Virus record (IMG/VR): IMGVR_UViG_3300025000_000004 | Length of the DNA: 64,000 bases | Origin: an uncultured virus (IMG/VR IMGVR_UViG_3300025000_000004) | Taxonomy: Duplodnaviria > Heunggongvirae > Uroviricota > Caudoviricetes > Crassvirales | Direction: 5' to 3' (one strand) | Part shown: positions 43,101 to 51,948 of the stretch, piece after piece | Layout: every line of letters begins with the position of its first letter | How positions within the stretch are numbered: position 1 is the stretch's first letter | Notes under the pieces: model-generated | The model's input: only the letters and a program-made list of their open reading frames with translations | Told to the model about the DNA's origin: nothing | Database searches by the model: none | Translations under genes and position numbers: made by a program

Positions 43101-46100
43101 AGCAGTTCAATGGCAGAATTCAATCGTAACAGAGAGGAAGCTGCTTATGCTAAGATACTGGAGAAATATAAAGTTCTGGATTACGATAGCAGAATTCATG
43201 GAAAATTTGCAGCTGAAGAAGCTACTATCGAGAATCTTAAAAAGTATATTGAACTGGGAAGAAAAGCTCCCAACTATGTATATGCTCAGATTGCGATTCT
43301 TGATCTGTTCAGAAGATTGAATGAATACGGACAGAAAATACAGACAGTTCAATCGACACTTAATCCTGACTCACGTGGAGTTGGTAAATCGGTTATGGAG
43401 TCTATCATAAAAGAAGATCAGGTATATGAACTTGTTAATAACACTGACGTTCATATTGCAGGTGTTTCTTCTCTTGTAGGAGATATGAAGATCATTACTG
43501 CTGATATGGAAGCACAATATAAGGCAGAAGGATACTTTGTAAGAAGAAAGAATAATCTGATCTATGCTATCAAATCAAAGACTATAAACGGTCATGCTAT
43601 CACATATGGTCTGTTTACAGCTAATGATATGTGGTCTAACCTGTTTCCTTATCGTGAAGCAGTTCTGGAGACAATGTTCAAGAAGATTGAAAAATTCAGT
43701 AAATCATCAGAGAATAGAATCAATGATAGAGCTGAACGTAGAAAAGACATGTGGAATAACTTTAAATCCTTTGTCTATTCAGGAAGAAATCTTGGACTCT
43801 ATGATACATCCATTACAGCTGAGAGAGAAAGACTTCTCTATGACAGATGGAGAGTGGAAAAGACTTTTGACGAGAAAGGTTTTGATGTAGAGAAAAGAGT
43901 AAGAGTTAAAGAATCACTTGGTTCATTCCTGTTAAAGGTACAAGAAACAGGATTTGCTAAGAACAATCCGTTCATCTCAAAACTTACTGTAGATGTTAAT
44001 ATGACAGGTGGACCTACACTTATCAAATTTAATGCATCTGCAGCTGAGAATCTTGATGAGACAAATATTTATGCCGCAATTGTAGACATGCTGACAAAAA
44101 CGGATGGTACTGGTGCAAGTCCTCTTGTTGGTCAGTTTAACGATAAACCAATAACATTGAGAGAATTAGCTCAGGAACTTATTCTTTACGCTTACATAAC
44201 AGGAGGTATTCAGGAAGCTGTACAGTTTGTTAAGTATATTCCTGCATCTTATCTTGTGACAATGCCTTTTGCAAGTCAGCTTGGAGAAATAAAATTTCTT
44301 GAGAGTCAGTTTGGTGTTGAACCAAATGAAAATCCTCTGATAGATTACTATTATAATATTCCTCCGTTTGTAGAACAGTTTATTCAGCATAATCCAGATC
44401 AAGTTCCGACAATAACATTGGATGACATTGTTGATGGTAATTCAAAATCTTTGATTTCTCTGGTAACATTCAATCTTAAACCTACTACTCTGAAGAGAAT
44501 AGGAGAAGGTATAACATTAAAAATTGATCCTGAGACTGCATCACTGGACTTATATCCTCCTGCTTTTGTTTCCATACAGAATGATAAGGCAGGTAAGAAA
44601 TACAACTTGTATAAGTATGATTACAAGGAAAAGAAATATATACAAATAGATACTCTTGGTTCATTTGCAAACGAAGAATATAATTCAGATGTTCCAAGAC
44701 AGATATCTCTTATTCGTAACAACAAGGCAAATCCTTATGTGAAACAGGAAACTCCTGCACCTAAAACCGGTAATCCTCTTGGGGATATAGTGGATGGTGA
44801 TATGGATATAACTCCTGATATGCTACAGGAAGACAAACAGACTGTAACAGGTATCATTGATTCTCTGAGAAACGGAACGATGAGTGCTGTTAAGAGAACT
44901 GATGGTAAGACTGCTATAAGAGAATTACTTAACGAAGCTAAAGCAAAGACCAAAAATGCTTACTTAGGTCAGCTTGTACAAGAAATATACGATGCGGTTG
45001 ATATACTGCCTGATGCATTCAGTGTTGATTTTACAAACAGAGTTGATACAAGTACAAGTGGATATTATACTCTTACAAAAACTCCACAAGGAGATGAAGC
45101 TCATACTCTTGTACTTAACACTTCAGGATTATCCCAGAAACCAGTTGATGAAATCATAGAAACAATTCTTCATGAGGTTATTCACGGATTTACAGCTTAC
45201 AAAATTAAGCATTACTGGTTTACAAAAATGGGAGATGAAAAGAGTCTCAATAAGATTCTTAAAGATTCTCCTACACTTACAGTTTCTCCAAGAGAGAAAG
45301 AAATCATAGAAAAGATTGAAGTTCTTTGGAGACATGCAAGAAATGTTGTAACTTCGAGTCCTGCAACGAAGAAGGCATATGAACGTTTTATTGATAAGGT
45401 GTTAAGACACGATCAAGGTGAACGTACATCATTTACTAAAGAAGAAGTAGGAACATTTTATGGATTTACAACGTTATCAGAATTTGTTTCTGTTGCTCTC
45501 ACAAATCCTGAGTTTGCACGGATACTTAATGATATTGTAGCTCCTAATAAACAACAAACTGTTCTTCAATCACTTCTGGAAAAACTTTCAAAACTTCTTC
45601 AGGCTATTGTAGGTTTCAACGCAAAAGAAGGAAGCGTGTTAGAACAAACTATTTACAATGTACTTGATCTAATTAACAGAGAAGAATCTTCTGAAAAGAT
45701 AGAAGTACAAGAAGTTGAACAAGTTAAAGAAGAAGTTACAACTGAGACAAAGACATTTGTAGAGAACGGAACATACTATAAATTCACTATAAAGAACGGA
45801 GTTCCTATTGAAGGATCATTTTCACAAGGTAGTCCTAATAACTGGAGACCTTTGAAACCAAGTACGTTATATAGTGCTTATCAGAGATTATCAACTCAAC
45901 CTCAGGGAACAAGAGAGATAAATCCTAAAGCAACTCTTGAGGAGAATCAGATGAAACTTCCCAATGGGACAATCATTACTTTTAATGATGAACAGGTTGC
46001 TGCTCTGGAAGCTCTCAAAGAATGGATGAAGTCAGGTGAAACATACTTTACTCTTAGTGGTTATGCAGGTACAGGTAAGACAACGATTATCAAGAAAGCT

Positions 46101-47660
46101 CTTGATAGTTTCTTACCACGAAGCATTGCAGTAAGTGCTCCTACGCATAAAGCCAAGAGAGTTATTCAGACTACTACAGACAGAACCGGGGTTACAATCC
46201 ACGCTCTTCTGAATATTAAGCCTGATATGGATGTTGAAAATCTTGACCCAAACAATCTTGAGTTTGCACGTGATAAGAACTCAAAGAATCCTCCTAAGAT
46301 TTCTAACTACAGAATGGTTATTATAGATGAAGCGTCAATGATCAATAAAGGATTGTTCAAGTTACTTCTTGCAGAAGCTAAGAAATATGGAACAAGAGTT
46401 ATTTTTATGGGAGATCAGGCTCAGATACCACCTGTAGGAGAGACTATGAGTGAAGTATTTACAAGTCCTGAAGTAAAGCACAAAGCTCATCTTGAGAAGG
46501 TTGAACGTCAGGCTGACGGTAATCCTCTCTTTGTTGTATATGATGCAATCAGAAATGATATCAGCTCACCAAAAGATAAGTTTGATCATGAGACAAAACT
46601 GAATGACAGGGGAGAAGGTATATTCTTTACAGCTAATCACAATACGTTTGCTGAGAAGGTTATTGAAGCATTCACTTCAGAAGAATATGAAGATGATCCT
46701 AATACATTTAAATTAATTACCTACACTAATAAAGTTGGAGACGGTAACGTAGCTTACTGGAACAAAGTCATCAGAACAGCAAGAATGCCTAACGCAAAAC
46801 TCTTTATTGAAGTTGGCGACGTTCTTATGGGATATAAGACTATAGGTAAAGAAGATGAGATTGTTCTTGAGAATGCGGCTGATTATAAAGTTGTTGAACG
46901 TTCAGAACTTATGACTGATACAAAAGGTATTCAGGGATACAAGGTTCTTCTTGAGAATACATTCGATGGTTCAACAACCAGAGTATTCATAGTAAGCAGA
47001 ACACCTGACAATCTTAACAACTATAGGATTAAACTTGCTCAACTTGCTGATGAAGCTAAGAAGAACAGACCAATAATCGGTGGTAGAGCATGGCTTCCTT
47101 ATTTCAGATTCAAAGAATCATATGTGCTTTTTGGAGACATAACAGATGAAGAAGGAAATGTTGCAGTAACAGGCGATATCAATTATGGGTATGCTATCAC
47201 GGCTCATAAATCACAAGGTTCTACTTACAAGACAGTATTTATTGATGAGAACAATCTTAATAAATATGACCAGTGGAGTGAACAGAAACACATGATTGAG
47301 AGAAAAAGAAAGAAACTTCCTCCTCTTACAAAAGAAGATGTTGATACAGAAAGAAATAAGATTAAGTATGTAGCTCTGTCAAGACCTTCACAAAATGCTG
47401 TAGTATTTTCAATGAAAACAACTTCAGAAAAGAATACCTTTGCACAGAAACCTGTAACAAATGTTCCTACAACTGAAGATTGGAAAAAGATGACACAGGA
47501 GATGGAAGGTATGCCACAGGATACTGAACCAACAGATGACGGAAGATTTGATATTGATCAGATGCCGGATGATATAACACCATTCGATAGTTTCGACCCC
47601 AAGTCTATTGTTTCTGATCAGGAAGTAAACGAATTTATGAAACGTTGCAAAGGATTATAG
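34167..47660 (+). CDS. Giant virion RNA polymerase polyprotein with zincin motif and C-terminal SF1B (RecD/Dda-like) helicase
   Basis: RIPNQG and GSDFDVDKL (DxDxD) RNAP motifs; DGTDAQ; HEVIH; GYAGTGKTT, IIDEASM, GDQAQIPPV, YAITAHKSQGSTY and YVALSR helicase motifs. Confidence 0.9.
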   Translation: MPDKPRILNPLVDNAIDPATGLTSTKQKKSPINFDSLIGTAAVLSEGSQDVGNYFDSKSRYDNNITRSDLDNLERERALKQPIGVKAFNSVVGGVASGLLTAVEDFGYILDFDNNIKRLTGAEQVEENWLTSAMQDTKEGLEKAMPIYRLNKDKVFDWSDPGFYFSTLKGVLDSAVGFAIPGMAASKGIGAIQRGIRMSKYLEFLKTSKGAEQIINSLASGYITNFGEGKMMAVEQFENSMNTLQQGLVQDIFEQYKTLNPDLPAEELYGMAQKDAQQQLNNGLKKDFENIAGNEANNFMTRNKVFMLTDAIGLHGIHKGAGFTRSLIKDKGLTAWAKRFGELSSDNLLLQAGKEGIEEISQNVLQMEGEYQAVKKAGRDVSATPDNLADRVYQFATSEQALLEGMMGLFGGGPQRILTEAVSGNFSKGAKDQKAKQYQDQQDQIAKNTEYLNSKLGSYARAQALRAEAIAKGEDKLADYIKDSQFLTLATENFARGTTEKLERSLKDIVEGVSEEERIANGWDENYQEQAQEQLDELKRLESAYNKYTRYENQAEVFQNRESRRLLQRDKERLENYLEDIDMRLDMEADQKDPELVKEKGYIERQLKRVTEHIGNFDNSYKEMTSAKAQQSIRKQKEQIIKDAREKGKELRERRRKQAQDAAAQERKKANEKKKDLQEEEKKVNKPSKKKEEEEEPKKAPDVQQEVPEPDIEISALSEPVENEGPDVDQISEPVEDEVAVDPDIKGMSADEVVDQEKVKLSQDQFDSTSDKLFDDFEKNFKPEALIEGEGLSEAQKRVGLLETMIEKATEIKGKQKITFDDLIDMLLDRHRKKRVGMFYNMIQGLWVQTHPNHVWINSLEDQLNITPDEQKELDNSKKESKTTFNEQFTNATAEEVNKEFDQITKEVAQSANPSSSLEVEYLRVESGSGIIAYLSRLYRQTKDLFFVQRKDVDNYINSEIQDKAILDPEKYPVGTKVTLVVEDDDKAKVYVDSSTTGEKIRTTWGAKKASWKTNRVLGEEQRYKELYEEEVPIAIYVGSKKIGYLHESSWINSMNVHGDVAKDKERSKKIRKYIVQRGTFETAISGRTSGFLWRVANKQLITTSEALPDSNLPIVVVKNGSLYTSRNETYNGKLLNKTALKEGITYTVIPSTDGLIAVPLMNKKLSENPNIAATIRKVLEIYMTNDTTPEAQSIVNEVFKSTGKNITTAIGVSEFINMFVHMTDVGKGNLNLETYLIKNSTNEQSKDGFATSFLREGGLDLQFETALGRGIRPLTVSRKSLANLPTEKRKLLFEGIEKNLNAMFINVSLDSIGEENRNVFILNEATKSYKEHVRSMTKSAFLGQNVAEEGQPPKYVYNVQPVITLDFNQVDNNDEQTGKPIIGKEEKEGYEQRPSDEYDADRFGEQAEKESESEPTAPKYDNTYEGDMDFTSDFEESLMPRSVVPLGDLEVENIKTLSEVTEVGQDEVRGVIISAFGSAAKQDQIVDYIRSKILDRIFKEKRVSRNKSFKEIRSTFVTNLDKLKENLALATESNDQIAIDRFTKAITEVNLILDNWNKLERLVIKQMNRIDNIKVIERDDDVTEEEEEAENETAHYSEAAVFTTPPTDRLAPQVKQFLSGISKWREDPNNDGKFIPDKNYFGAQRTMDFWDVYNILQRITPGRRPDYNELIQALREHTDTFPFLNEVITKLENAPQQLRNQFVSAMTNHYVDMKFVTFGRNSSGSFELKELDSDSNAIQRVILTDWNGKTLERIGKINVEGDDIVLDQVLANALIATWKRFEKTHQYSVEELAGWFHQLGIDLTEQTWRDIENGKYKHLGKVQTLQNFVENTVMKILTNQLSKMGDSSLVLGGNRIVDQNVVKSLAKYDAKYRTSSFSNSHKSGLKTVYSYSLNKFLVNRVRELKEGTLLKTLAKLSFNGQSVWANALSNDQSGFKDNFNHWTVSLEALKREGSKSKNNRELNNLSEAEIELVKIAMLQADREDLSGKNQRIIRVLYPTTSDKTTAMGLTVVAQKLVLDPDGNITDESIDALVDVVARPEIERIKMFQLKNETNKINLKGYNKGASQFLMFPELNTLIWTDKDGVVQKMFNANGTINGDIGSPESMTAIRKAVRVHFDSLLAEKLVMWNTNGIGTNPKTKAFQYMHQSFLMGTTAKGANPLAHVNVQEKVKAAATDMIFQYLIANAEIHKMFTGDPALYYKQSAINKGKAKTSSEYDFVADAEETYANINKRLAADIAPGMELAQANGDMYTQAILKDSASASLARFEITEILDGKEKADKVREEWKKFENGEISEDQFNKSLKGLMSEKYYSFDGTDAQEYVTWQEHLHVMKQLGEISDEEYKSAYETLSKGENLGHELMGKVMQPMKPVYVDNQIDEANDVEKRIYIKSSAFALFPQLTRGLSLDNLRQAMENQKVSRAAFMTAVKLGGIDNAVDIWGENGTIISPDQISFEGSTLTLNRKGFRIQQRVPYDPKKSMINKVTQASKNLFVNMLEVEGFVFEGKEYTGAELQQIYYDIYGRLHEIEKDALVKEVGYNETTGKIADISKLRTLLIQESRERGYPLSDQELVELDKELKFLAFSSSANKYESLLNSLVTSRIIRLKMPGKSFVLGSEEGFKGLLTETKEEIAKRDGIVFTSAYDPKTGLKPARIENGVRKPSQALVPWKFKTKDGDKVSITRYIKDGKIDLTKVPEEVLQLFGMRIPNQGPNSQAWIEIVGFLPEASGDLLIATRDFVVQMGSDFDVDKLYTYMYGYYFDNEGNIKIHREKKGKNEADVEKNRIIDIHLAIHKNADSRVQSQIASPLDTKRLKKFSGDITELRKKREISESPEGRARLYTGLSDDVQRRKFKEGTAGKSGVGVFSLDNMFNAIAQGKGLKFMISSKEALTLQIGKKVSNGDMSRELTLDGKDYISDIIAEYQSAAVDNAKEPILDKLNINTHTFKVIKILNQLGFTEEVAYILAQDIIVDYVNELERMSSSMAEFNRNREEAAYAKILEKYKVLDYDSRIHGKFAAEEATIENLKKYIELGRKAPNYVYAQIAILDLFRRLNEYGQKIQTVQSTLNPDSRGVGKSVMESIIKEDQVYELVNNTDVHIAGVSSLVGDMKIITADMEAQYKAEGYFVRRKNNLIYAIKSKTINGHAITYGLFTANDMWSNLFPYREAVLETMFKKIEKFSKSSENRINDRAERRKDMWNNFKSFVYSGRNLGLYDTSITAERERLLYDRWRVEKTFDEKGFDVEKRVRVKESLGSFLLKVQETGFAKNNPFISKLTVDVNMTGGPTLIKFNASAAENLDETNIYAAIVDMLTKTDGTGASPLVGQFNDKPITLRELAQELILYAYITGGIQEAVQFVKYIPASYLVTMPFASQLGEIKFLESQFGVEPNENPLIDYYYNIPPFVEQFIQHNPDQVPTITLDDIVDGNSKSLISLVTFNLKPTTLKRIGEGITLKIDPETASLDLYPPAFVSIQNDKAGKKYNLYKYDYKEKKYIQIDTLGSFANEEYNSDVPRQISLIRNNKANPYVKQETPAPKTGNPLGDIVDGDMDITPDMLQEDKQTVTGIIDSLRNGTMSAVKRTDGKTAIRELLNEAKAKTKNAYLGQLVQEIYDAVDILPDAFSVDFTNRVDTSTSGYYTLTKTPQGDEAHTLVLNTSGLSQKPVDEIIETILHEVIHGFTAYKIKHYWFTKMGDEKSLNKILKDSPTLTVSPREKEIIEKIEVLWRHARNVVTSSPATKKAYERFIDKVLRHDQGERTSFTKEEVGTFYGFTTLSEFVSVALTNPEFARILNDIVAPNKQQTVLQSLLEKLSKLLQAIVGFNAKEGSVLEQTIYNVLDLINREESSEKIEVQEVEQVKEEVTTETKTFVENGTYYKFTIKNGVPIEGSFSQGSPNNWRPLKPSTLYSAYQRLSTQPQGTREINPKATLEENQMKLPNGTIITFNDEQVAALEALKEWMKSGETYFTLSGYAGTGKTTIIKKALDSFLPRSIAVSAPTHKAKRVIQTTTDRTGVTIHALLNIKPDMDVENLDPNNLEFARDKNSKNPPKISNYRMVIIDEASMINKGLFKLLLAEAKKYGTRVIFMGDQAQIPPVGETMSEVFTSPEVKHKAHLEKVERQADGNPLFVVYDAIRNDISSPKDKFDHETKLNDRGEGIFFTANHNTFAEKVIEAFTSEEYEDDPNTFKLITYTNKVGDGNVAYWNKVIRTARMPNAKLFIEVGDVLMGYKTIGKEDEIVLENAADYKVVERSELMTDTKGIQGYKVLLENTFDGSTTRVFIVSRTPDNLNNYRIKLAQLADEAKKNRPIIGGRAWLPYFRFKESYVLFGDITDEEGNVAVTGDINYGYAITAHKSQGSTYKTVFIDENNLNKYDQWSEQKHMIERKRKKLPPLTKEDVDTERNKIKYVALSRPSQNAVVFSMKTTSEKNTFAQKPVTNVPTTEDWKKMTQEMEGMPQDTEPTDDGRFDIDQMPDDITPFDSFDPKSIVSDQEVNEFMKRCKGL

Positions 47661-47661
47661 A

Positions 47662-50600
47662 ATGAAGGTTTGTCCAAACATAAATACAAAGGAATGGAAG
47701 ATGATGATGGATCATCTGAATGGAAATGAAGCAGAAGCATACAGAGCTTATATTGCTCATGGATACACTATTCCTCCTGTTATATCACTTACTGAGTTCA
47801 AGAAAGCCGTTGGTCTTACATCAGGACGATATTCTGTTACTCAACAGATAAAGATCAACAAGAAGATCAGGGTGTACAATATGCAGAATGGTACATCACA
47901 TTTCGTTCAATGGTCTTTGTATGGGACGGGTGAATTATCTACAGCTGAAGTTCGCTTTAACTATATGCCTGTTAATAAAGAAAGACAGCTTGACAGGGAT
48001 AGAAGAAGAAAGATGATTGGTTATGGATATCTTCAAGAAGTAGAGAGCTTCGAGAATGTTTATACTCCTTCTGAAAGTGAAATGGAAGCAGGCAGGTTTG
48101 AAGACGGAGACTTTCTTCCACCTCTTTATTTTCCTGCAACAGAAATAAAAAGAAGTGGTCCGAAGTTTCGTGCCTTAATTACGTCAAAAGAAGCTGATAG
48201 AAAGGTTCTCTATCAGGATAGGGATAAGTTATATCTTGCCAATAAGAATGCCTCTACGGTCTCAAAAAAGGCTGAAATCGCTGGTAAAATAGCAAGAGTT
48301 AATAAAGCTATCGAGAAGGTCGAAGATGATATTGCAAAATTAAATACTCTTGACAGTCTTCATCAGATCGAGATGTATGCAGAAGAGGATATGAAGACTC
48401 TCGATAAGATATTCTCAAAGACAAATCCTACCCGTCAGGATATCCTTATTGCCCGTCGTATCATTCATATATGGGAAGAAGCAGGAAACTTTGACGGAAC
48501 AAAACCTCATATCTTTTATGATCCTGATGAGTATATGGCTCGTGATAAAGGACTTAATGATATTACTGAGAAATTTGAAGGATGGAGAAAGAGAGCTATT
48601 GCTTACAACACAAGACTGATTGACCTTGAAGAGAAGTTTACAGAAAGAGACGCTAAAGCTACTTTCAGTGGTGTCGATTCAATAAACTTCCAAGAACCTT
48701 TGCCAGACATGAATGCATTCTGGAGCAATGTTCTTGACATATCAGAGGTTGACGATGTAAGATTTCAGGTTGTTCATGCTTGGGTTAAGGAAGCAAACTT
48801 TGCTGCTCACAGAGAATTTACAGTTATCAAAAAGAAAATTGATGATCTTGTTAAGGCTACAGGTCTGAGAAACTTTAACATATATCAACAGACATTCAGT
48901 AACGAAGACGATAATAAGACAGGAGATCTTGTCCATCGTTTTACTCAGGAGTTTCTTGATTGGAAAACTAATATAAAACGTGAAAGGAATAAAGCCAAGC
49001 AACATATGGATACTGACATGCAACGATATGTCAAGGCTAATATTGCTTTCATAGAACAACTCAGAGAGAATACTGAATTCATTGATGCAAGAATATTTTT
49101 TCCTGATTCCAAATTAACTGGTCGTAGCAATCCTACAAAAGAACAACAGGCAGCAGAAGAAGCAAGATTGAAACAATTGCTTGGTGACAAAGGATTTGAA
49201 GAATATTATAATCTTGCCAAGAAACAGGTTGAAGAATTTAAGATACAGAGAGAAGCTCAGAAAGCATTCTACGAATCTGAATTGGGAGAAGCTTCTGATG
49301 ATGCATTTGCAGCTTGGGAAATTTCTAATTCACCATATTTCTACGCAGATTTAATGCAGTATGGGTTTGATAAAGTAACCAATGAGGGTAAACATGCTTA
49401 TCCTACTTTAGCTTATGTTCGTCCTCTTGCAAAACAAGAGAAACATTACGACAATAAGTTCAAAAGAATTGAGGCGAATAAAGAATATCTCGAACTTTAC
49501 AACTACATGAGTGAACTTCTACAAGAATTGAAGCTGTACTTTCCAAATCAGAAAGTAAGCTTTATGCAGATGAATACGATTCCGTATATGTCACGCAAAG
49601 TAGGAGAGATATTTAGTGATGAAGGTGTAAGTGCAGCAATGAGTGCTGTAAAAGATAATATAATAGAATCATTAAGAACCGAAGACCTTTCTACAATCGG
49701 AACTCCTGAAGATACCAAAGAACTTCAGGTTCAGATGATACACAATAATCAGGCAAGAATAAACAACTACATACTCCTTAAGGATACAGAATACAGGACA
49801 ACTCACGATGATAGTCCTGATCCGGAGTTAGTTGAGAAATGGAGAAGACAAGCTATCAGTGAGATAGCAGAAGAGAAATCTTTTGATCTTGACCGTATAT
49901 TAAAGGCTTATGCTTCTACTGCACTGACATACAAACATAAAGCAATGATCGAAGATCAGATTGTGATCATGCAGGATGTTCTTGAAAGAGCAATGGAGAG
50001 AAAAGAGAACGCTGCAGGAGAACAACAGTTTGATAAAGATGGTAATATACTTGCCAAGAAAGGACTTGAAAATCTCAGAAAGATGATGGAGAGTTATCTT
50101 GATGTTGTCTATTGGGGATATTCTACAAGAAATCCTGAAGATAAGATGAAAAGTAAAATTCTTACAAATGATGAGAAAGAAGCGAAAGCTGTTCTTGAGA
50201 AGTCTATGGAAGATTTGAATACATTATTTGATGAAGGTAAGATTGATCAGATTGAATACGATCATCGCAGAGGGGTTATTGAAGATCAGCTTGCAAGTCT
50301 TGGTGGTGTAAAGACATTATCAAAATATGGTGATCTCGTACTTCAGTATATTCAGATAAAAGGTATGGGATGGAACTTGTTTGCAGCATTTGCAAACTTA
50401 GGATTTGGTTTCATATCAAATATAATTGAAGGTTCTGATGGTCGTAACTATTCATACAATAACTTCTGGAAAGCTCAGATGATGGTTCTTAACTCTCTTC
50501 CGGGTGTAAATAAACTTACTCCTAATGGTAACAAAGTAAGAGAGTTAATGTACTATTTTGATGTTCTGAAACAATCAAAGAACGAACTTTACGAATCTTC

Positions 50601-51630
50601 TTCTACAAGACTGTTCAAGAGAATAGGAGACAAACTTGACTGGATAAATCCATATGCACCTCAGTCACGTACTGAGTACATGAACCAAGCTCCTGTTATG
50701 ATCGCTATGATGATGGATCAGAAAGTTAAAAGAACAGTTGATGGTAAAGAGGAAGAGATAAGTATGTGGGATGCTTTTACAACTGACGGTACACTTATAG
50801 ACGGAGTCACAATATCTGACAGGGAACTTACTGATTTCAAAATAAGAGTAGACAAGCTTGTTAAGATGAATCATGGTAACTATGATCCTGATTCAGCAAT
50901 CAGATTTAAAAGAATATGGTTTGGTCGTGCAGTAAGTCAGTTTAGAACTTGGGCATATCAAGGTTTTGCAGAGAGATTCAAAGGAGAATTTAAGGACTTT
51001 GAATTAAAGAATCTAATGACAGGTGAAGATTTTGTTGTACGTAAAGGAAGATATCGCAGTTTTGGTCCTTATTGGGCATATATGCAGGAGCAGAATGGAA
51101 TGATGGGTATGGGAGCTGTATTTAATGGAACATACCAGTTGCTTCGTAAGCTTGTAGGTGCTCATACTACATTTGATCAGATGGTCAAGAATGGTGGAAA
51201 ATTTACAGAGGTAGATGCAGCTAACATGAGAAAGAACATGACTGAGATTGCTCTATATCTGTTTATCACATCACTTGTATTATTACTCAAGAATATTGAT
51301 GCTGATGACGATGATGATGACAAACTCAAGATGGCTCGTACTTTCCTTATCAACCAGATGGGAAGACTTGGTACAGATATTATGTTCTATAGTAATCCTA
51401 TTGAGTTTGAAAGATTATTCAGAAATGCTATTCCTGCATTCACGCTTGTAACAGACGCTGCTAAATTCATAGATTCAGCTTGGACTCTTGTTAGCGGAGG
51501 AGAAGATATCCTTCAAAGTGGTCCGAGTAAAGGAGAAAGCAGAACATGGAGAGACTTTAAGAAGCTTGTTCCGCTTGCAGTACAGATTGAGAAACTACAA
51601 TCGTCAGGTGAACAAGTATACAAAAAATAG
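47662..51630 (+). CDS. Large virion ejection/cargo protein
   Basis: 1322 aa, mainly helical; HGNY..QFRTW motif region; last gene of the + strand module. Confidence 0.6.
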   Translation: MKVCPNINTKEWKMMMDHLNGNEAEAYRAYIAHGYTIPPVISLTEFKKAVGLTSGRYSVTQQIKINKKIRVYNMQNGTSHFVQWSLYGTGELSTAEVRFNYMPVNKERQLDRDRRRKMIGYGYLQEVESFENVYTPSESEMEAGRFEDGDFLPPLYFPATEIKRSGPKFRALITSKEADRKVLYQDRDKLYLANKNASTVSKKAEIAGKIARVNKAIEKVEDDIAKLNTLDSLHQIEMYAEEDMKTLDKIFSKTNPTRQDILIARRIIHIWEEAGNFDGTKPHIFYDPDEYMARDKGLNDITEKFEGWRKRAIAYNTRLIDLEEKFTERDAKATFSGVDSINFQEPLPDMNAFWSNVLDISEVDDVRFQVVHAWVKEANFAAHREFTVIKKKIDDLVKATGLRNFNIYQQTFSNEDDNKTGDLVHRFTQEFLDWKTNIKRERNKAKQHMDTDMQRYVKANIAFIEQLRENTEFIDARIFFPDSKLTGRSNPTKEQQAAEEARLKQLLGDKGFEEYYNLAKKQVEEFKIQREAQKAFYESELGEASDDAFAAWEISNSPYFYADLMQYGFDKVTNEGKHAYPTLAYVRPLAKQEKHYDNKFKRIEANKEYLELYNYMSELLQELKLYFPNQKVSFMQMNTIPYMSRKVGEIFSDEGVSAAMSAVKDNIIESLRTEDLSTIGTPEDTKELQVQMIHNNQARINNYILLKDTEYRTTHDDSPDPELVEKWRRQAISEIAEEKSFDLDRILKAYASTALTYKHKAMIEDQIVIMQDVLERAMERKENAAGEQQFDKDGNILAKKGLENLRKMMESYLDVVYWGYSTRNPEDKMKSKILTNDEKEAKAVLEKSMEDLNTLFDEGKIDQIEYDHRRGVIEDQLASLGGVKTLSKYGDLVLQYIQIKGMGWNLFAAFANLGFGFISNIIEGSDGRNYSYNNFWKAQMMVLNSLPGVNKLTPNGNKVRELMYYFDVLKQSKNELYESSSTRLFKRIGDKLDWINPYAPQSRTEYMNQAPVMIAMMMDQKVKRTVDGKEEEISMWDAFTTDGTLIDGVTISDRELTDFKIRVDKLVKMNHGNYDPDSAIRFKRIWFGRAVSQFRTWAYQGFAERFKGEFKDFELKNLMTGEDFVVRKGRYRSFGPYWAYMQEQNGMMGMGAVFNGTYQLLRKLVGAHTTFDQMVKNGGKFTEVDAANMRKNMTEIALYLFITSLVLLLKNIDADDDDDDKLKMARTFLINQMGRLGTDIMFYSNPIEFERLFRNAIPAFTLVTDAAKFIDSAWTLVSGGEDILQSGPSKGESRTWRDFKKLVPLAVQIEKLQSSGEQVYKK

Positions 51631-51664
51631 AGTCAAGGAATAGAGTAAATTTTTACAGGGAAAT

Positions 51665-51699
51665 AAAAAGGGAGCTACATTTCTGTAACTCCCTTTTTT
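51665..51699. terminator. Bidirectional intrinsic terminator between convergent modules
   Basis: AAAAAGGGAG-ctacatttctgtaa-CTCCCTTTTTT, with A/T tracts on both sides. Confidence 0.8.
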
Positions 51700-51734
51700 G
51701 GGAATATATATAGTGGAAAATCAAGGGCAAAGAG

Positions 51735-51866
51735 CAAGAGAGATTACCAGCGATAGTTGTTTTGAAGCATAATGTAGGGATCGAACCTACGTCATTTTGA
51801 TTAGAATTCAAATGCTCCACCAACTGAGCTAATTGTGCGAAGTAACTATCCTCTTTACTACTCTTG
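51735..51866 (-). ncRNA. Y-like RNA A: tRNA(UCU)-like cloverleaf (51767-51838) with acceptor stem extended by the conserved helix
   Basis: CAAGAG/CTCTTG and GATAGTT/AACTATC stems flank a complete cloverleaf; motif TAGTAA-N4-GATAGTTACTTCG. Confidence 0.7.
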
Positions 51867-51870
51867 TTTG

Positions 51871-51942
51871 TAGCGGGTGGGAGAATTGAACTCCCGACTC
51901 TCAGCCTATGAAACTGCTTATCTACCACTGATATAACCCGCA
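51871..51942 (-). tRNA. tRNA with CAT anticodon (Met/fMet-like; 1:72 unpaired)
   Basis: GCGGGT/ACCCGC acceptor, TATC/GATA D-stem, loop TTCATAG, GGGAG-TTCAATT-CTCCC T-arm. Confidence 0.75.
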
Positions 51943-51948
51943 ATATTA

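Noticed and set aside
387..51451. Numerous short antisense or alternate-frame ORFs in the virion module
   Set aside because: Shadow ORFs of long + strand genes, without motifs or start signals
51800..51810. Possible amber-suppressor (CUA) anticodon suggesting TAG recoding
   Set aside because: The TTTGA/TCAAA stem places TCT at positions 34-36; long ORFs are intact under code 11 and several genes end in TAG
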